A stretch of DNA of 64,000 nucleotides from Mytilus trossulus. Taxonomy: Eukaryota. Shown here piece by piece: positions 46,145 through 62,565 of this stretch; the stretch's first letter is position 1; the number at the start of each line of letters is the position of its first letter. Both the position numbers and the translations under genes were made by a program. The stretch spans positions 61,070,001-61,134,000 of the forward strand of contig NC_086386.1 of NCBI RefSeq assembly GCF_036588685.1, given 5' to 3'. The notes below the pieces were generated by a model, which was not told where the DNA came from, ran no database searches, and saw nothing but the letters and a program-made list of their open reading frames with translations.

Positions 46145-49100
46145 GTTGATAAATCCAAGTTATATATTCCAAGTATATCCAATCTTTAAAGTTGACATTA
46201 CATGTTCTCATGAGCTAACCTGAAAAGAGAAAAAGAAATAAAAATTAAAGTCTTGCAAAATTTTCTTACCTTATAAATGATTTCACTAAATTGTAATGGA
46301 GTTCATACATTGTAAAGTTTAATTTTTTTTCTACAAAGTATTTTTTTATCACTCATTATATATAGATCAAACAGTCAGCAATGGACCATATTTGGTCTCT
46401 GGTGGAAATCTATCTCATTGGCAATAATAATCTCATTTTCTTATTTTTACAATAAGAACAGACTTTGCATTTTATTAATTCACAATACAAAAGAAACTGT
46501 CATGTTGTAAATGTTAAAACACTATTTTCTGAAAAATAATTTGAAGTAGAAAATAAATTGTATTTCAATATATAATTATTGAAACAGACAAAAAACCATG
46601 AAAAACATCAAAATATTTATAACCACAAAATAAAATTAAATTCTACCTTACATTTTTCCAGTTTAAATCCAAAAACTAATTTAAATTCTGTTGGTGGAAG
46701 TCAAAAATGAATTAAAAACCACTTTAATCAAGTGACCCATGCATCACTGTGTACTGACCATTCTACAGACTATAAACTGACCAGTCAATTAAAGACCCTT
46801 TCTAAAGGTGTAAATCCTCTTGTCTAAATGCTACAGGCTAAAGCTTGAAGTTCATATTGACATAGCTTGATTGGTCAGATATTTACCTTGTATTGGTCAA
46901 GAGGGATAAAAATCTCGTCCACAAGTTTATTCTCCATTTTGATATATTTCAATAATAATGTTTATTAACTGTATCCAGCTAAAATCAACATTTGACTATT
47001 TATTTTAAATGTCTGTTCTTTAAAAATCCTGTCCTATCACACTGAAGGATAATACCGAAGCACAAACAAAATTTTGGTAATCGTGTCCCTTTAATAATAT
47101 CCAAAATCTGTACTACGATTTATCATTGGTTTGTTTAAATCTCAATCGCTATGAAAGACACTTTTTGACGAGTGATCATTCACATCAGTAGCGTCGTAAA
47201 ATGTAAAAATCCACATTTTTTTAAAAAGATGTCCTAATATCAAACCAACCGAAAATTAATTAACTCTTATGAATGTTACTTTCTGAATTCTTTCACTTTA
47301 CAATCTTTTTGAACATGTCAATATTATCAGTTCGGCATGATACACTCTTCTGTCAAAAATGAATTAAACATATAGCACTCTCCAATGTTCAACTACTGTG
47401 CTTAACAATTCCGCTAATTTTCTACGCTGTGGATAATTTGAGAAATCGGCGGGTATTAGCTCATCTACTTGATACCGTGAAATCTGTCACACTGGGTACT
47501 GGTTTAAAAATATGATTCAGAATATCTCAAGCTCATTTTATCGATATGACATTATTAAACTTTAGCTCCGCCCCCTCCTAGGATTACTGGCCATGGGACT
47601 TGAACAAAGGGATGCGATTCACTTTTTAGTTATGATAATATCGGCAAATATATAAATGATAGGTTACAAGCTTTTTATTATTTGATAATGAGAAAGAATT
47701 GATTTAAAGTTTAAGTTCATTTTTTCATACACGGTAGTATAAGTGACGACTTCTTGTCAATTTAAAGTATAGGAAATTAAATAATTACAAGGTTGAAAAT
47801 TAAATAGGTTCAAACAGTAAATGAACTCAAAGCTCTCTTCATAATGGTCATTTAGCTGACCATTGAAATACCTTAACATTTTTCAAAACTTTGAAGAAAT
47901 CTTTTTCTCAATACTCATATTAGTATTTTATACGGTTCAATTTTGCAACACAACTTTTATAAAGCCTTTAAATCATTTCAATAAAAGAAAGAGGTATTCA
48001 TTCAATTCTCATCTAATTCAATTATTTCAAACATTAAAAACAAACTACATTTTGCAAAAAAATGATGACCAATGCAAAAAAACAAATCCTACCTTGTACA
48101 ATGACCAGACAAAAAACACATGTTATTCACTGACCAGTGTCCAATCTCCTTTTTACAAAACAACAATATACCATTTATCAATGTAGAGGTCACTGAATTC
48201 CTGCACATTAAAGTGCCACCTAGTGAGCTGACACAATTGTGTTTTATCCCAAAAATCGACATGCATTTGTACAATGGTTAGCCATACATCACAACCGTGA
48301 GCAATCGTTTGTAATAATTCTGTCATTCTACGATATTTGTCACAGTTTTTTGAATTTGTCGTATACTTGTCAATAATTTCTACTAAGGGAACATTACCTA
48401 ACATGTAAAGGGGTATTTATCACAATTATAGATATTAAATTATATTACTGAGGTATTATAATAGATAATTTTACAATAATCAATGGTTGTATATCTTTTG
48501 ACCTTTATATAACTCCCATAATGTGTATACAATTACAACTAATATTTTAAATTGCTATATAGAATATACCAATATGACATCATGGACATGTTCATATATC
48601 ATAATTTAAATTGGTGAAAACTTGAACCATGTACATGAAAAGTTATATTCAATTTTCTATTTAAAAAGAAATATATTTAAACCTTGATATGATACATATT
48701 AAACAAAATTGCTAAAGACACCAAATATGTCATTAATTTTACAATTGTTATCACTATAAGCCTTCGGATATTTTTTAAAACAGCATCTATGGATAGTGCA
48801 TATAAACCAAAAGTCTAGTAAATAAAGAAAGTAGCTTTTTATGAACATTCAAGACATTTTCTAAGAAAATTCAGAAATTTTCATGTTTTTAAACTATTTT
48901 CATTACCATAATTACTATTATCTTATCAATAAAAATTGCACATGTATTTTTTGTTGAATCTGCATTTAAAATTATTAACTAAAAAAATAAAATGATAAGA
49001 ATTTCACCAACTTTTCTCTCTTGGCAATTCTTTGTAATATGATTTTTCTTCTTTTGACACAAGCTATGATGCAAAATATGATTAATTGTCAATCAAAACT

Positions 49101-50631
49101 TTAGCTTATATAGTTCATTTCAACTTCAAAGAGAGTAGTTCTGGCCACAGGTAAAACTTAGGTAGAACTCACAACCTGCTTAACCAGGTGAGTGGTCATG
49201 TCTGACAGGTTACTCAGTGTGCCAAAGGCTCATTAATTTGTCCAAACATTATCAATGATCATTAAAAAAAACATTTTTATAAACAAGTTGACCAGGTACT
49301 AATTTTGATTTAATCACCCATTATAATTTGTAATAACAAATTTATGATTTTTTAATCTACATGATTCCTCTAAGGACTTATTAAAATTTTATATTAACTG
49401 AACACCAAGTCCATTTAAGATGCTTTGAAGTACATCAAAAAGGTAATTGATGAATTAAACTTTATGATCATTTTATAATTTTATTTCCTCAAATTTTTCT
49501 ACTTGAGTTAAATTTATGAGGCACTGGTTGAAGAAATTTGTAAAGACTTAGCGTTTTCATATTTCAAAATCAAGTTGTTAAAAAAGTACAAATTTAAAGT
49601 TAATTTTCTAGTTAGTTTTGATTTTGGGCACGATCGAATGAAAAAGGACACTGTTAAGAATATTTTCACCTATGTGTCAAAAAATTCAGATAGGATACTT
49701 ATACAAATGGAAAAGCTATGTTCAATTTGCATTAGAATAATAGCTGGGTAACAATAATTTACTTTTGTAGTAGAATCACAAGTTTTTCGGTTGTCCATTT
49801 ATTAACAATTCTCTAATGGCAAAATATGAATAAAATGAATTAAAGAAGAGAAATGACTAAGGTCAATGAGACAGCAACCTCATGAACTAAAAAGAAAAAT
49901 TGAAGGAAGTCAACTGTATAGTTTCTGTAATGATTTTTTGGAAATAACCAACAACATATAAATTTCCATGTAAACGGTTAAAAATGCAAATCCATCTTTA
50001 AAATCTTTAAAATCTGAACACTATTGATGCAACATCAGAACTTCAAACTTAATAAAAGTGCAGCATTTTAAGTTATTTCAAATATAAATAATAACTAATG
50101 AATATTTCAACAATAAACAATAATTCATAACACCTTTTATGACATTGTTACAAGTTAAGTATTTTTTAGAATATTAATTAAGGTGTGACAATAGATAGGA
50201 TATTTGTGCAATAAACATGTCATATAACTGTATCACTTAAATTTGTGTATTCAATATTCTTTAATGAAAAAAGTGTTGTAAATATTAATTGATTCTCATA
50301 TTTTACAAGGTTAGGAATATTAATAAGTTTAAAACTACTTCTTGACCTTTTTATATGAAACTGGACTATGAGTGAAATAATACACTAAAATTTAATTACT
50401 CCAGATTCATTTGTCAGAGAGAACCAGTTTTTCAATGATATTTTGATGAATTGATTAAATTGTTAAACCATAAAATCATTATTGTATTTTTTATTCGCCA
50501 GTATTCTAATATAAATTATGATTTATGACATGTTACATGTGAAGTATCCTTCAAATGAATGCACCTTTTAAGATTAAATGAGGATAAACAAATGTTACAT
50601 GAATGAAATTGAAGTAAACCTATAATGGTTA

Positions 50632-50662
<31 letters not shown>

Positions 50663-53600
50663 TGATTTGGATGGAGAGTTGTCTCATTGGCACTCACACC
50701 ACATCTTCCTATACCTACTAAATTGTCCTATCTGTTGATATCACTTTTTTGCAAGTATATAGAAACAATGTTGCAGTCTAGTATCTCAGACTAGATTTTT
50801 GTCCTAGGTCAAATACAAAAGTAAGATTAGAGCTTAAATTAAGCCTCAAATGTTTGGATAAAACATTATAGCTGACTATGCGGTATGGGCTTTGCTCATT
50901 GTTGAAAGCCGTACGGTGACCTATAGTTGTTAATGCTTGTGTCATTTTAGTCTTTTGTGGATAGTTGTCTCATTGGCAATCATACCACATCTTCTTTTTT
51001 TAATCATGTCATTTGTCCTTCCCTTTAAATATTTCATATACTTGTACATCTTCATATTGACAAAAAAAACCATAAAGAATGCAGGACACAATTAATGATA
51101 TGCATAAATACAAAAAAAACATACATTAGTGTGTCACATTGCAAATCATATCCTTTTACATGGCCAGCCCACACAATTTGAATAGTACATATTTACAAAT
51201 ATATTGTCAAAGCAATGTTATCATAAGACTGCAATTCTAAAGCATGATATACATTTGTATTTCATTTACTTTTATAAAACTTGACTCATCAACTTTAAAA
51301 TTCAGTACTCGTTTAAAAAAAAAAGAAAATTATCCTAAAAATAGAAATCATTTTAATATATGTATTTTTGTATGCTTGATGAAGTTTATATCTACTGTAC
51401 TGTTACAATTTCAAGGCATATATCAGACAAAGCAATATTGTTAATCAAATTAAAATTAACATGGGTAATTTAATATTAGATCATCAACAAGGGCCAATAA
51501 CTCTGATTATCAACACAAGTACCTGAGAAATTTAACAAGTCACAAAGGGAGTGAGACAAAGAGACCTGATAATGCCACACCTATTACAAAGTCACTTATC
51601 ACACCAAAAAGAAAAGGTAGATTACATACCAACAAAAGACTAAGCCGAAAGCTCATTGACCAACAATGACGTAATAAAATCTACAAGGTTAGATAGCCAG
51701 GTGTAAGAAGCTTTGTTATGACTTTGATACATGTACATATCGTCATGAAATCAACGATCCAAGTTTATTGACTGGATAATCTTGATTACCATACTTAATG
51801 ATAAAAGACAAACAAAACAGTGTGACAGGTCCATTGTGGTGTTGATATTATTGTGAATATTTGTTTGTTTTTTAGTAATGATTGAGAAAGTCTTAATGAA
51901 AAGTGTCATATTTGTAAACATTTAATAAGGATGTCAAAACTAACAATAACAAAGATGTTCCTGTGTTTTCATAGAAGTTTCCTTGGTGTTTAAGGATTCC
52001 CCTTATCACAGGAAGGGGAGTATACATTTTGATAAAACTTAGAAGTATGAGCTGTTTTGTTTTTAAAGATTAACTGATTGATAAGATTATGGCCAAAACT
52101 GAAGACCTAAAAAAAATCCCATTTTTGTGTAATGCTTGCTAGTATATTCTGTTTTTCACCTTGTGCCTCAATATTGGATCTTCATCAAGAGATACAACTG
52201 AAAATGGAAAAGGGTAATGTGCCAAAGGGACAACAACCCAACCAAAATGAAGACTATCAAATTAAGGCCGCCTGTCTTTTTTCATTGCATCAATCCTAAA
52301 TCAATTTCCTTTTGTATACATGACAGCAAAAAAACAACTTCAAGATTTTAGCTTTTTACTAACGCCTCCCGTATTAAAGTACAAAAGTATTAAAACAATG
52401 ATTAATTGTTAACCAAAATCTTTCAAAAAATATCCCACAATCTTATGTTTTAAGTCAATTTTACAAGGGGTGTGCAACATTATAGGAAACCCAAAAAGTT
52501 AATTGTGATCAACAACGAGTTACCTAGGAAATGATTCATCAAACTTAATGAACAAAACAACATGAGGTTCGGTTTTCCGTTGGCGTCATTTCAAAGTAGC
52601 TATTTGATGTATGGCTATTTATGACATAGGTAAAACAATGGATCAAGTCTGAATACACTTATGACCCTACTTTGACTCTTTAATTAGGTTGATGTCATAG
52701 TATGAAGGAGCTGTATGTTGACATTGATCAGCGTAAAAAAAGATCAAGAGAAAATGGTTAATATTTCTTTGAAAACATTTTTAAGCACATTTGAAGAAAA
52801 AGAAGAGATAAAGTATATTGTATATGGATACTTTATCCTAACACATACTACAAGGCAGAAGAACGTCAATGACATATTATGGCTGCTCTTCATATAAAAA
52901 TCACATTGACATGAAAGAAGCCAAACAAAAGATACATATTTATATTGCAAAGTAAAGACAGTCCTTATTATACATGATTGTGTAAAACCCTTTATTTTGC
53001 TTGCTAGATGCTAAAATGTAAACTTGAAAATTTGTGTTGCAATTTCTTTTCTTCTTTAAGTAATATTTGAAGGCATCATTAAATATATTTAACAGTTACA
53101 AATATTTCTAACCATCAACCCATATTTAAGTAAATTCAAAAGTACAACCTTTGGCAATCTTTTTTTTAAATGGAAGTAGTTCTACTTAGCTCAACCAGAA
53201 GACTTACAAACCAAGAGAGTCACAGAATTTCTTGCTTAAAATTTATTTAGCATTATCCACTCAGAATTATTGCTATAAACATTTTTCAAGTATATAGCAG
53301 ATAGGGTGTACAGTGTGATGTACATGCACTCATATGCAGCTGTGTACAAGATTACAGTCTTATTGAACTTCAAAGTTTTAATCATTGATATTGTGCAGTA
53401 AATGATAACCTACTAAAGTTGTCCTTCAGTTTTGTGTTACAAACAATGCACAAATCTTTATTTAAATTTATATAATTGAAGGACTAAACCTGGGTCAACT
53501 ATACAGTGGTAAATCCAGAACTTTTTATAAGCAATGACCACATACTGCCATAAGAGGGGGCTTACTACAGTCATGCTTCATAGCAAATTTTCACCACAAA

Positions 53601-56600
53601 ATTCCTCCCCCCTGGATAAGCCTATGCTATAACATAGTAATCTCAGGACCAAATTGAATTGGGTTCAATTCCAAAATTTGATATAATTTACAACGGTTTA
53701 AAAAAGAAAATAATTTATCCACATCAGAAAAATTGAGCTTACTTTTATTTGATTTCTAATTTATTTCATTATTAACTGAGCTTTCTTTAAGTTTGTCCAA
53801 TTTTTCCACTTTCATCTTAAAATCATAATACTAACCTGATTTAAAATATATCCACATGTGTATAATATCCCATACAGAAAATAAAGTCCCCTGTTTTACA
53901 GTTCACAACACTGTTATATAGAATTGATTAATAGATAGGTAAAAATCCATACTATCTTATACAAGTAAATATATTCCAAATGTCTTTGATAAAAAAAATC
54001 AACTGTCTAATCATCACTTTCCAATATTCTTGCAAAGATTTCCAATTTCTTTAACAGTTACTATAGAATTCCACGGTCATACATATATTCTGAATGTTCT
54101 AATACAGACCAGGCAAAAACACAATCCTTTAACAGTAAATATTAATACATCAAAAACAATACTCGAACAATGAATTACCTTGTCAAAATGATGATCCCCT
54201 AAGGCATTGTGGGATGGATGACAACAACTCTTTCCAAGCTAAATGATCAGATTTGTCTACGGTTGAAAAAAAGAGGCGGGATAAACATCTTCACACACGA
54301 GGCCAAACTTTGACCAGTCTAATTACTGCATATAGATTTTCAGATAGGAAACCAGATTAGATATTTTTAATTGATAAAAAAAACGAGCTGTTGAAAATTG
54401 CCCAAGGGCTTTTTCATGTCTTTCTTTTTATGCCTTATACAAATACACGATCGTTAATTGATTAGAGATCAATAGATCATAGATAATAATTTGTCATCAA
54501 GACCTATGTTTTTTTAAGAAATTGAGGAACAATAGATCAATAGTTTTGGTGTTGTGAAAGTTGAACAGGTAAATCCTTTAATCTTTTGTAATCCTTTGAT
54601 CTTGAAAAAGACAACTTGAAAGTTTTGAGACAACTTGGGTGTTTTGTTAAGAATTGAAAAGGATGTCTAAATTAAAACAATAGACTGGGGTTAAATTATA
54701 GTTACAAACAATAAACTGTTAAATATTCAAGGTTTTCGTTTTTAAAACAGTTTCAATACAGTAGAAAGAATACAAAAGTTCAAAGGAAAATAACAATCAG
54801 AAGCTTTTTGACATTTTGCATTTGTTGCACTTTTTCCCCTCTGTTATTTTCAGTTTATTTAAGCGCATTATGAAACTAATTAAGTTATTTCACCTGAGGT
54901 ATACTTTCGATCACATTATAAATTAATTAAATAAATAAAACAATACTTAAATTTCTATGTTTACATATTATTAATTAATTAAAATAACAATACTGAAGTA
55001 TCAATGTTTACATAATATTAACAATTTATTAATCCATATATCAGAACTACTAGTATGCAAATGGACAATTTTATTTGATGGAATTAATGAGTAATAATAT
55101 ATTAATTATGTCAAAATAATAATAATGAAATGCAATTCTATAAGGCAATCAAATATGGATGAGAATAATTCAAGTCTGATTCAAAAAATGAAAATCATCT
55201 GTAAAATAATTTTCACTCCAAAGTTTTAAACATTTAAAATGTAGCAGAACAAATTATGATTCAACTCACCAATTATAAATTCCAAACAATTTCCCACTAA
55301 ATCTGCATACAATGACAGAACACTCAATTGCAATGGACAATGCTAATATAGTCAGCAAAAAAGAAAGAACCTAAATGCAAAATTGATTTCAAGGAATGTC
55401 TAGTTCATTTGTATGACAAAATGAAAAATGACTAACTTGGTCAGTAGATTTGACACTATAATTTTGCACTGCATCTTTGTAAGGACTCTTGCTTGATAAA
55501 TGCAGTTATAAACTGTAAACAAAGGCCTTGGCGTCAAACCCTACAAGCTTGCTACTTAATTTCCGTTTATACGATCGGCAGATCAATTTTTCACCTATCA
55601 TTAATTTCTGTAATCTCTTGCAGGTCCCTGCCGCTTCAGACACGACTTATACAATAGTGTCCAGCGGCCAAGATTTATACGATTTCATGTAGTTAAATAT
55701 CTTGTCTCTTTGGGAAACTTTCATTAGACTTGAGGACCCTGCTGTTCAAATAATTTTAGTACAACTGTAATTTTCTTTTTCTATCAATAGACTTTAAATT
55801 TTATAGTCCATTTTTAACATGGGTCAATCTATAAGACTGACCAAATGACCCTATCTAATAACTAGAATTTGTTCAACTGACCATTGAATCAAGTTAAATT
55901 ATGATTGACCATTGTCCAGTATTGTAATCGGTAGTTATGATGTCCTGTAAAAAATCTCACTTTTAACCAGTGGTCAGTTTTTCTATTGGTCACTCAATTA
56001 TTTATTACTGACCATTGTCCAGTACACAATGTAATAAATTGGCCGGAGTTATGACATGCTGTTTTATTAAGGGAGATCATCCTATCATTTTCTTTGATGT
56101 GGACATCTTAGTCGAATTTTATGATCAAGGTCTTACGTCACAAGATCATACAATTTAGGTTAAAGAGACTTTATTTGGACATTTGTTAGAAAATCAAGAA
56201 GACAAATTTAAATCAAACAATTAAATGCATTTATTGGCAGTTAGCGTTAGCATCAAAAGTTTGACCACTGATTTTGTATCAGAATTAATGGATTAACACC
56301 TATTTTTAATACAGGTGTTCCAATTTCCTTAAGTTTTTATATCCCCTCTTCTTTTAAAACTTTGAAACATTAGTTTTGGTCGTCTTTGGTTTTATCAGTT
56401 ATTAATCGTTTGTTTTTAGATTCAATTTTACTTTTAAATGTTTTCGCTTCAGGCCTCACTGAAGAGACTTTTTTAGTCTTGTGCAGAAAATAACAACTTT
56501 CACCAAATAATAAAATACATCTCAGTAATTTTTCCAACTTGCATCTAAAAATACACTTCTGGTTAAATATTATAAATTTCATGTTACTTTAACTATATTT

Positions 56601-56805
56601 TGCATAGAATTTTATATTTTTATATTTGAGGTCCATTTCCATTTAGGAGCCTTGTTCAGAATCTTGATAACGATTACATAAGTTTGAATTTTTCCATTCT
56701 TCAAGTCGTGACAACCTTCAAATGTCTATTTTATAAACTCGTGTTTTTGGGTTGCTGTCTGGTATATGTTTACCCCAAACTATCTTTCCTTCATTTGTTT
56801 TTTAA

Positions 56806-57080
56806 GGTGGTACCTAACACTACAGGGAGATTAAACTCTGTAAAATCAGCAGAACGTTTCAATAATGTGGTGTTGTTGAAGGAATGTTAAGCTTCTCAAT
56901 GATCATAATAAGTTTTTGTCAAACTGCTATATAACCAGTGTAATTTTTCTGATTAAACAGTTGGTTTAAATTTTTTGAAATTTTTATATTTTTTTCAGAG
57001 GGTCAAAGTAAATACTTTGTCAAAATTTAAAGAAAATTAAAGGAGCCAAATCAATTTAAGCTCAGGTGTTGGGTACCACC
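56806..57080. mobile_element. MITE with TTAA TSD, Kolobok-like
   Basis: TTAA|GGTGGTACCTAACAC ... GTGTTGGGTACCACC|TTAA. Purine termini fit Kolobok better than piggyBac. Confidence 0.82.
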
Positions 57081-60000
57081 TTAAATGCAATTTTTTTACT
57101 CACATTTTATGTCTGTCCAGTCATTTCAAACATTGTTAAAGGCTATAAACAAGTCAAAGATAAAGAGATGGCATCAATAATACCAATACTCCCTAGTTTA
57201 TCTTAGACAAACATGGGTAACCAAGCATCTTCATAGATACTATGGACGGCCATCAAAAAGACAAAAACAACATACTTGAGTTTCAAATAGAAAATATTCT
57301 ATCTATTTTTATAACTGAAAATAAAAGCCTCAAATTGAAATCTTTCTGACTATTTTTATAACCGCATAAAAGCATAAAAATATGAATGCCTAAATTTTTT
57401 GCCCTGCATGAATTAGTGAAAAATATAAGTATTAAACAGTTAGTGATTTTTATTTGGAAAAACAAAACTAAGAAATTCATTTTATGTATGCATGCTAAAT
57501 GATCAGCTTAAAAGGATGCTACAAATGTAATTATTTTCAAGGGAATCCTATTAAAGATGCAAATTGTCTACAAACTCGTTATCTGCAAGGCTATAGACTG
57601 TATAATTCCTTGGTCATGATACTGTAGGCATGGATATTGAAAGATATTCTGCCATATTCTACGACTATAATTTCATGCTATCTCAACTATAACTATGCCA
57701 TTAAACCATTGCCATGTATGGAGAATTTTGTGAAATTACTAGATTTGTAGATGACAGAGACGACCAAGGGATCAATTATATTCAATCATAGTTAAGCGAT
57801 TTGATCCATCATGTTCCTTGTTTACAGTAATGGATGGTGAAAAAACAAGATGCTTCTTAATTTCAAATTAATCTTCTGTTTATGCGTCCTCAGATCCGCA
57901 AGTAATTTTTTTGAAATTTGTTTTTCTCCGAAATGACATCGCTTTAAGTCCCGTTTATCCTTTCGTCATTGGCACATCTTTTTTTATTTGTTAATAAATC
58001 CCTAGTATTTTTCATTTAATCTCTTTCCAATTTCACCCTTCAATCAAAGCAGTATTTGCAATTAATTTTGAACTTATTCTTTTCCGCGACATCTTAGAAA
58101 ATGTTTTCTCGATTTAATAGATCGAGGTTCTTGACAATGAAATTTTTCTAAATGTGTCATCAGGTCATTTTCAAAGGTTTCCGATACTTTAAAGCCTAAT
58201 TTAAAAATTAATAGCAAAAAATTGTAAATTGAGAAAATAATTGCATTTCAATTTTTGATGGAATTAAGTTTTGCTGCAAATTCCATGAAATAACATTTTC
58301 TAAAAAAATCTTGTTTTAAATGATGTGTAATTCCATCGAGGAAATTTAAATCTGCTATAATTAAACAAATCTCTATTTATACATAAAATGTTAAAAAAAC
58401 AATTCTCTGTGTTGCTTAATCTTGTTTTCTAGCTGCTTAATTAATCTCAACAAAAATAAAATAAATATAAAATGTATACAAACAAATAGAGAATATCGAT
58501 GTTAGGATGAAGGTCAATAGGACAGCAACCAACCAAGAAAACAAAATAACACAAATTCACATGTTATAGTCAAGGGACATTAGTCAAACACTTAACTGCC
58601 AACAATCAGAGAGCAATAAGCAATCAGAGTTCGTGAAATCTTTTTTCCCTGGTGGTCCTTGAAGAATATCTACTGGTCATCACCTATATAAATTCTACTG
58701 AAAAATGCTAAATTTGTGTCGGTCCTTTGCAAAATTTGGGTGGTAAAATCCTGAGGACTGCCACTTTTTAGCAAAGTTGAAGGCTCAGGCAAAGGGCACC
58801 CCTCTTTGTTTTCTGACAGATTTTAAATATAATTTAGGTCCCTCTTGGTTAAAGTGCTTTTGAAAGTTAATGCATTCATGATGTGCATAAGCGACAACTT
58901 CCATCTTTTCCTTGTATAATTTGACTTTTTCACATATTCCAATGGCTGCAAATATATTTCCGTTGTAAAACAAAATAATATTGGATCAATAATTGTAAAA
59001 AAAGAAAATGTAATAGTTATTTCACCTAGCTATTAATTGATATTGAGAACTAGAGAAATGCTGTCTCAAATGGCAGAAAAAAAGACCAATTTTAAAAGAT
59101 AGAAATATACAAATACTCACAAAAATCCATAAAATAATAAGAGCATGTATTCCTGAGCATCTAATATAGTACTAGCATACCAATACACAACTATACAACT
59201 ATACTACATGTTCTAACCTTTCTCGTAAGAAAGTGAGAAAATTAACACTCGATTGTATCCTACCAAGACTACCCACTGACAAAGTCGCCAATTCTTTCAA
59301 ACATTTACAGTTTTTGTTCGTAATTATCACTTCAAAACTACTATACAATATGGGTATACAAACGATTACTCAGATAGGTCCCATGGGTCAATCCCCCAAA
59401 TCTATTGGTCAATACTGATAAGAAATGGATGTTTGGAAGAAACCAAACACCATCACGGACAAATGGAATTTGATTACCCGAGGAATAAAACGCTGTTTGC
59501 AATAGACAACAGCATGGGGAAGGTGTGAAATGATATTGCGTTGCGTAATCCGAGGATTAAAGTTATCAATGGTCAATATTTATCGATTGGCTTAAAATCT
59601 TTAAAGACACATGTTGTGATGATACTAAAGTGTTAAATATAATACAAAGTTTTCCTTTCTAATGCCTCTCTGTTGTAAACTTATTATGGTGTTTTTTTTT
59701 CTAAACTTTTCCTGATCATATTATTGATAACCAGGTAATATCACTCACGAGAAATGTGATGTTCTAAAAATTCATATATTTTTCATTTGTTCCAATATCT
59801 ATCCCCCCTCCCGCTCCCCTAAACTTTTTTTTTATCAAATCTTGAAATACTATTTTGCAAGTATAAAATTGATGATTGACTAATGTCTTAAGTCAATTTC
59901 AGCCTACTTGGTTAATCTTGGTAGCCAAGGTGATTATCCTAAGAAATTAAAATTGGTATAGAGTGCACCTTGCCAAATTTGGGGTTGAGGTCCCAACCTT

Positions 60001-61244
60001 GTTTTAACAGGCATTTAATGACTGTAGATGAACTTGGACACATTTTTTTGTGAAATCACATATTTTTAATAAATGAAAACCTATTACAGCAAGTGCTAAT
60101 AGCCTAATCCTCAATTAATTTCTCATTTTTAATGTTCTCTTATTGAAAACAGTTACAAATTAAATTCAGAACTAAGAAAACACATTGTAAAATAAAACAA
60201 AACATGATCCATCTTAAATGAAGAAACATATCAAAATTCTTTATGTGTTCTTATCATTCAATTTATATAAACTAAACTTCCAAATACTATTTGTACGATT
60301 AATTATTTATCTATTACCGTAGCACAAAGATACAAATACTGTCTTTATCAAGATTCGATGTAAAACATTTCACTATATTACCGACAGAAATACCTGGAAA
60401 CCCTGCTCATTGTTAGGGAGAAAACCATCTCTCAGTAGCAAAGTTTATAAACAATTTTCGTAGCGTGGAACATGTCACAATATTTCAAAGGGATTAAGTT
60501 GAAGAGGTATATTTCACTGGAGAGCACTTGAACTTAATGCATGTTTGGACTAAGGGATTCACTTTAAGTTCTAAATTATTGATTTAGGCCATTTTTCAAA
60601 ACTGAACATGCTTACTTAAACTGAAGATACAAATATTTCAATACAAAGAATATCTTAATATGGACACAATTTTCAAAGAAGAAATCAATTTTTATTGACA
60701 AATATCAATTTTTGAGAAACATAATGAAATTCTTCAGTTTTGTAAAAAAAAAAAAAAATATGCAGATAGTGTTTTAATATATATGTTTTGTTATCATTCA
60801 ACTGATACATACATTTCTCCACCTGCTCAAAAGATTTCAATTCATTTTACATATTAAGTTATTTTGATCATACAAAAATTGTCAGGTCAAGATGAAGTTA
60901 GTTTACATAATAGAGAGAAAGAAAAAAAAATTGGGTGCTAAAGATATGAAGAATAGACATAATAGCAACATAATAAAGAATAAAAAAAATATGCCTACAA
61001 ATCAAAGAACAGAGAAAAAATTCAAAATATTAAAGAAGTAAAAAATGAAGACCCTCCCTGTCTGAGAGTATTACTGACTGTCTGTACCTATAAATAATTA
61101 GATTAAGCTTAATACTTTGTGCTCTATCTGTCAGAGGTTGGCATTTACATGTTTATTGATTAATTGCTCTAAAGCTTAACATTCAGGGGCAAATATTTCA
61201 TGCATATTCAGGACTATAAATAAAGTTGATGCTAAATCTCATTA

Positions 61245-61421
61245 CAGCGTAACCTGTCTAATCTGACACAATGGGGGACAAGAAAAAAATGTCAGATTAA
61301 GCAGGGTGTCGGAATACTCAGCTTTTTTCTGCAAGGATAGACATTTTTCGACACCAGAAAAATGTGTTGGTTAAAGCAAGATGTTGAAATACCCAGGTGT
61401 TGGATTAGGCAAGTTACACCG
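61245..61421. mobile_element. MITE, Tc1/mariner-like
   Basis: TA|CAGCGTAACCTGTCTAATCTGACAC ... GTGTTGGATTAGGCAAGTTACACCG|TA. Confidence 0.7.
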
Positions 61422-62565
61422 TATAAAAAAATATGACAGCCAATTTTTTTCAATTCTGTCCCAGTGTTGAAAAGTGGGGAACGCTCTGAAAAATATACAT
61501 ACTTATATACTTAAATATCTTAGTTGTATATTTTTTAAATGTTAAGTTTTTGATCAGTGTTCTACCATGAGACAGCATTTTGTGTAAGATAGTCTAGTGC
61601 ACTTTTCAGTAATTTAACTTGCTATTAGACTAATCTATAATGCGTTTTCACATTGCAAATTTACTTAAGATCACTGGCAACTGGAAAAACCATGTTTACA
61701 CTAAACAATATAAATATGTCCATCATTGTCAAAACTCGATACAAACCTATCAAATATAACGCCCTTCAAAGACTATGTTGTAACAATCACGGAATTTGTC
61801 AAGTATGTCGTTTTTGGGTAATGGGAAAGTTGATGTTCGGCTGAAACCCCCCGTCACCTAACAAATTAAAATGTAAAATGTGTTTGTACAGTCAGAATTA
61901 CTTCCACACAACAAAGTCTACCTACTTAATCCGCTTGTCACCATAAAATATCTTTTTCACTGAACGATTGTTTATGTTGATCATATATTGGCAAATCAAG
62001 TTTTCAACATAAAAAGACATGAATCCTTTGAATCAGAATTTGTTGTTTACTAAGAAACTTTAACCTTATTTCATGCCTAGGTGTGTATCACATGCTATAT
62101 CAATTGCATTGAGAAATTTTAAATATGAATTAACACTACTTATAGACATGAGACTTTTTTTCCAAGCTTATGAATGTATACCCCCTGCCCTGTCTTTTAC
62201 ATAATCACTTTTCCATGAAAAAATACTGACTATGACCTAATCATTTTTACATTTGAAGTGTGCCTTGAGTCTGCAGATTGTTTTATGTTACATGGCTTGG
62301 TGATAAGATATACACACAAAAACACCTCTGCTTACCCTTCTAACATTACTGGGTTCAGACCAGTTCTAATTTGGTTTTCTTCGTTTTGTCTTTAATTTTC
62401 TTTATAATCTGGTTGAATACTACTGTTTTCCTTTTTTCTTTCAGCAATGAGTTTTATCTTCTATCACAATGTACAATTTTGGAGTTCTGAATTCATATCT
62501 TCAAATTCTAAAAACCTAATAAAGAGAAAAATAAACATAAACATGCATTACATAGGTATCTAAAA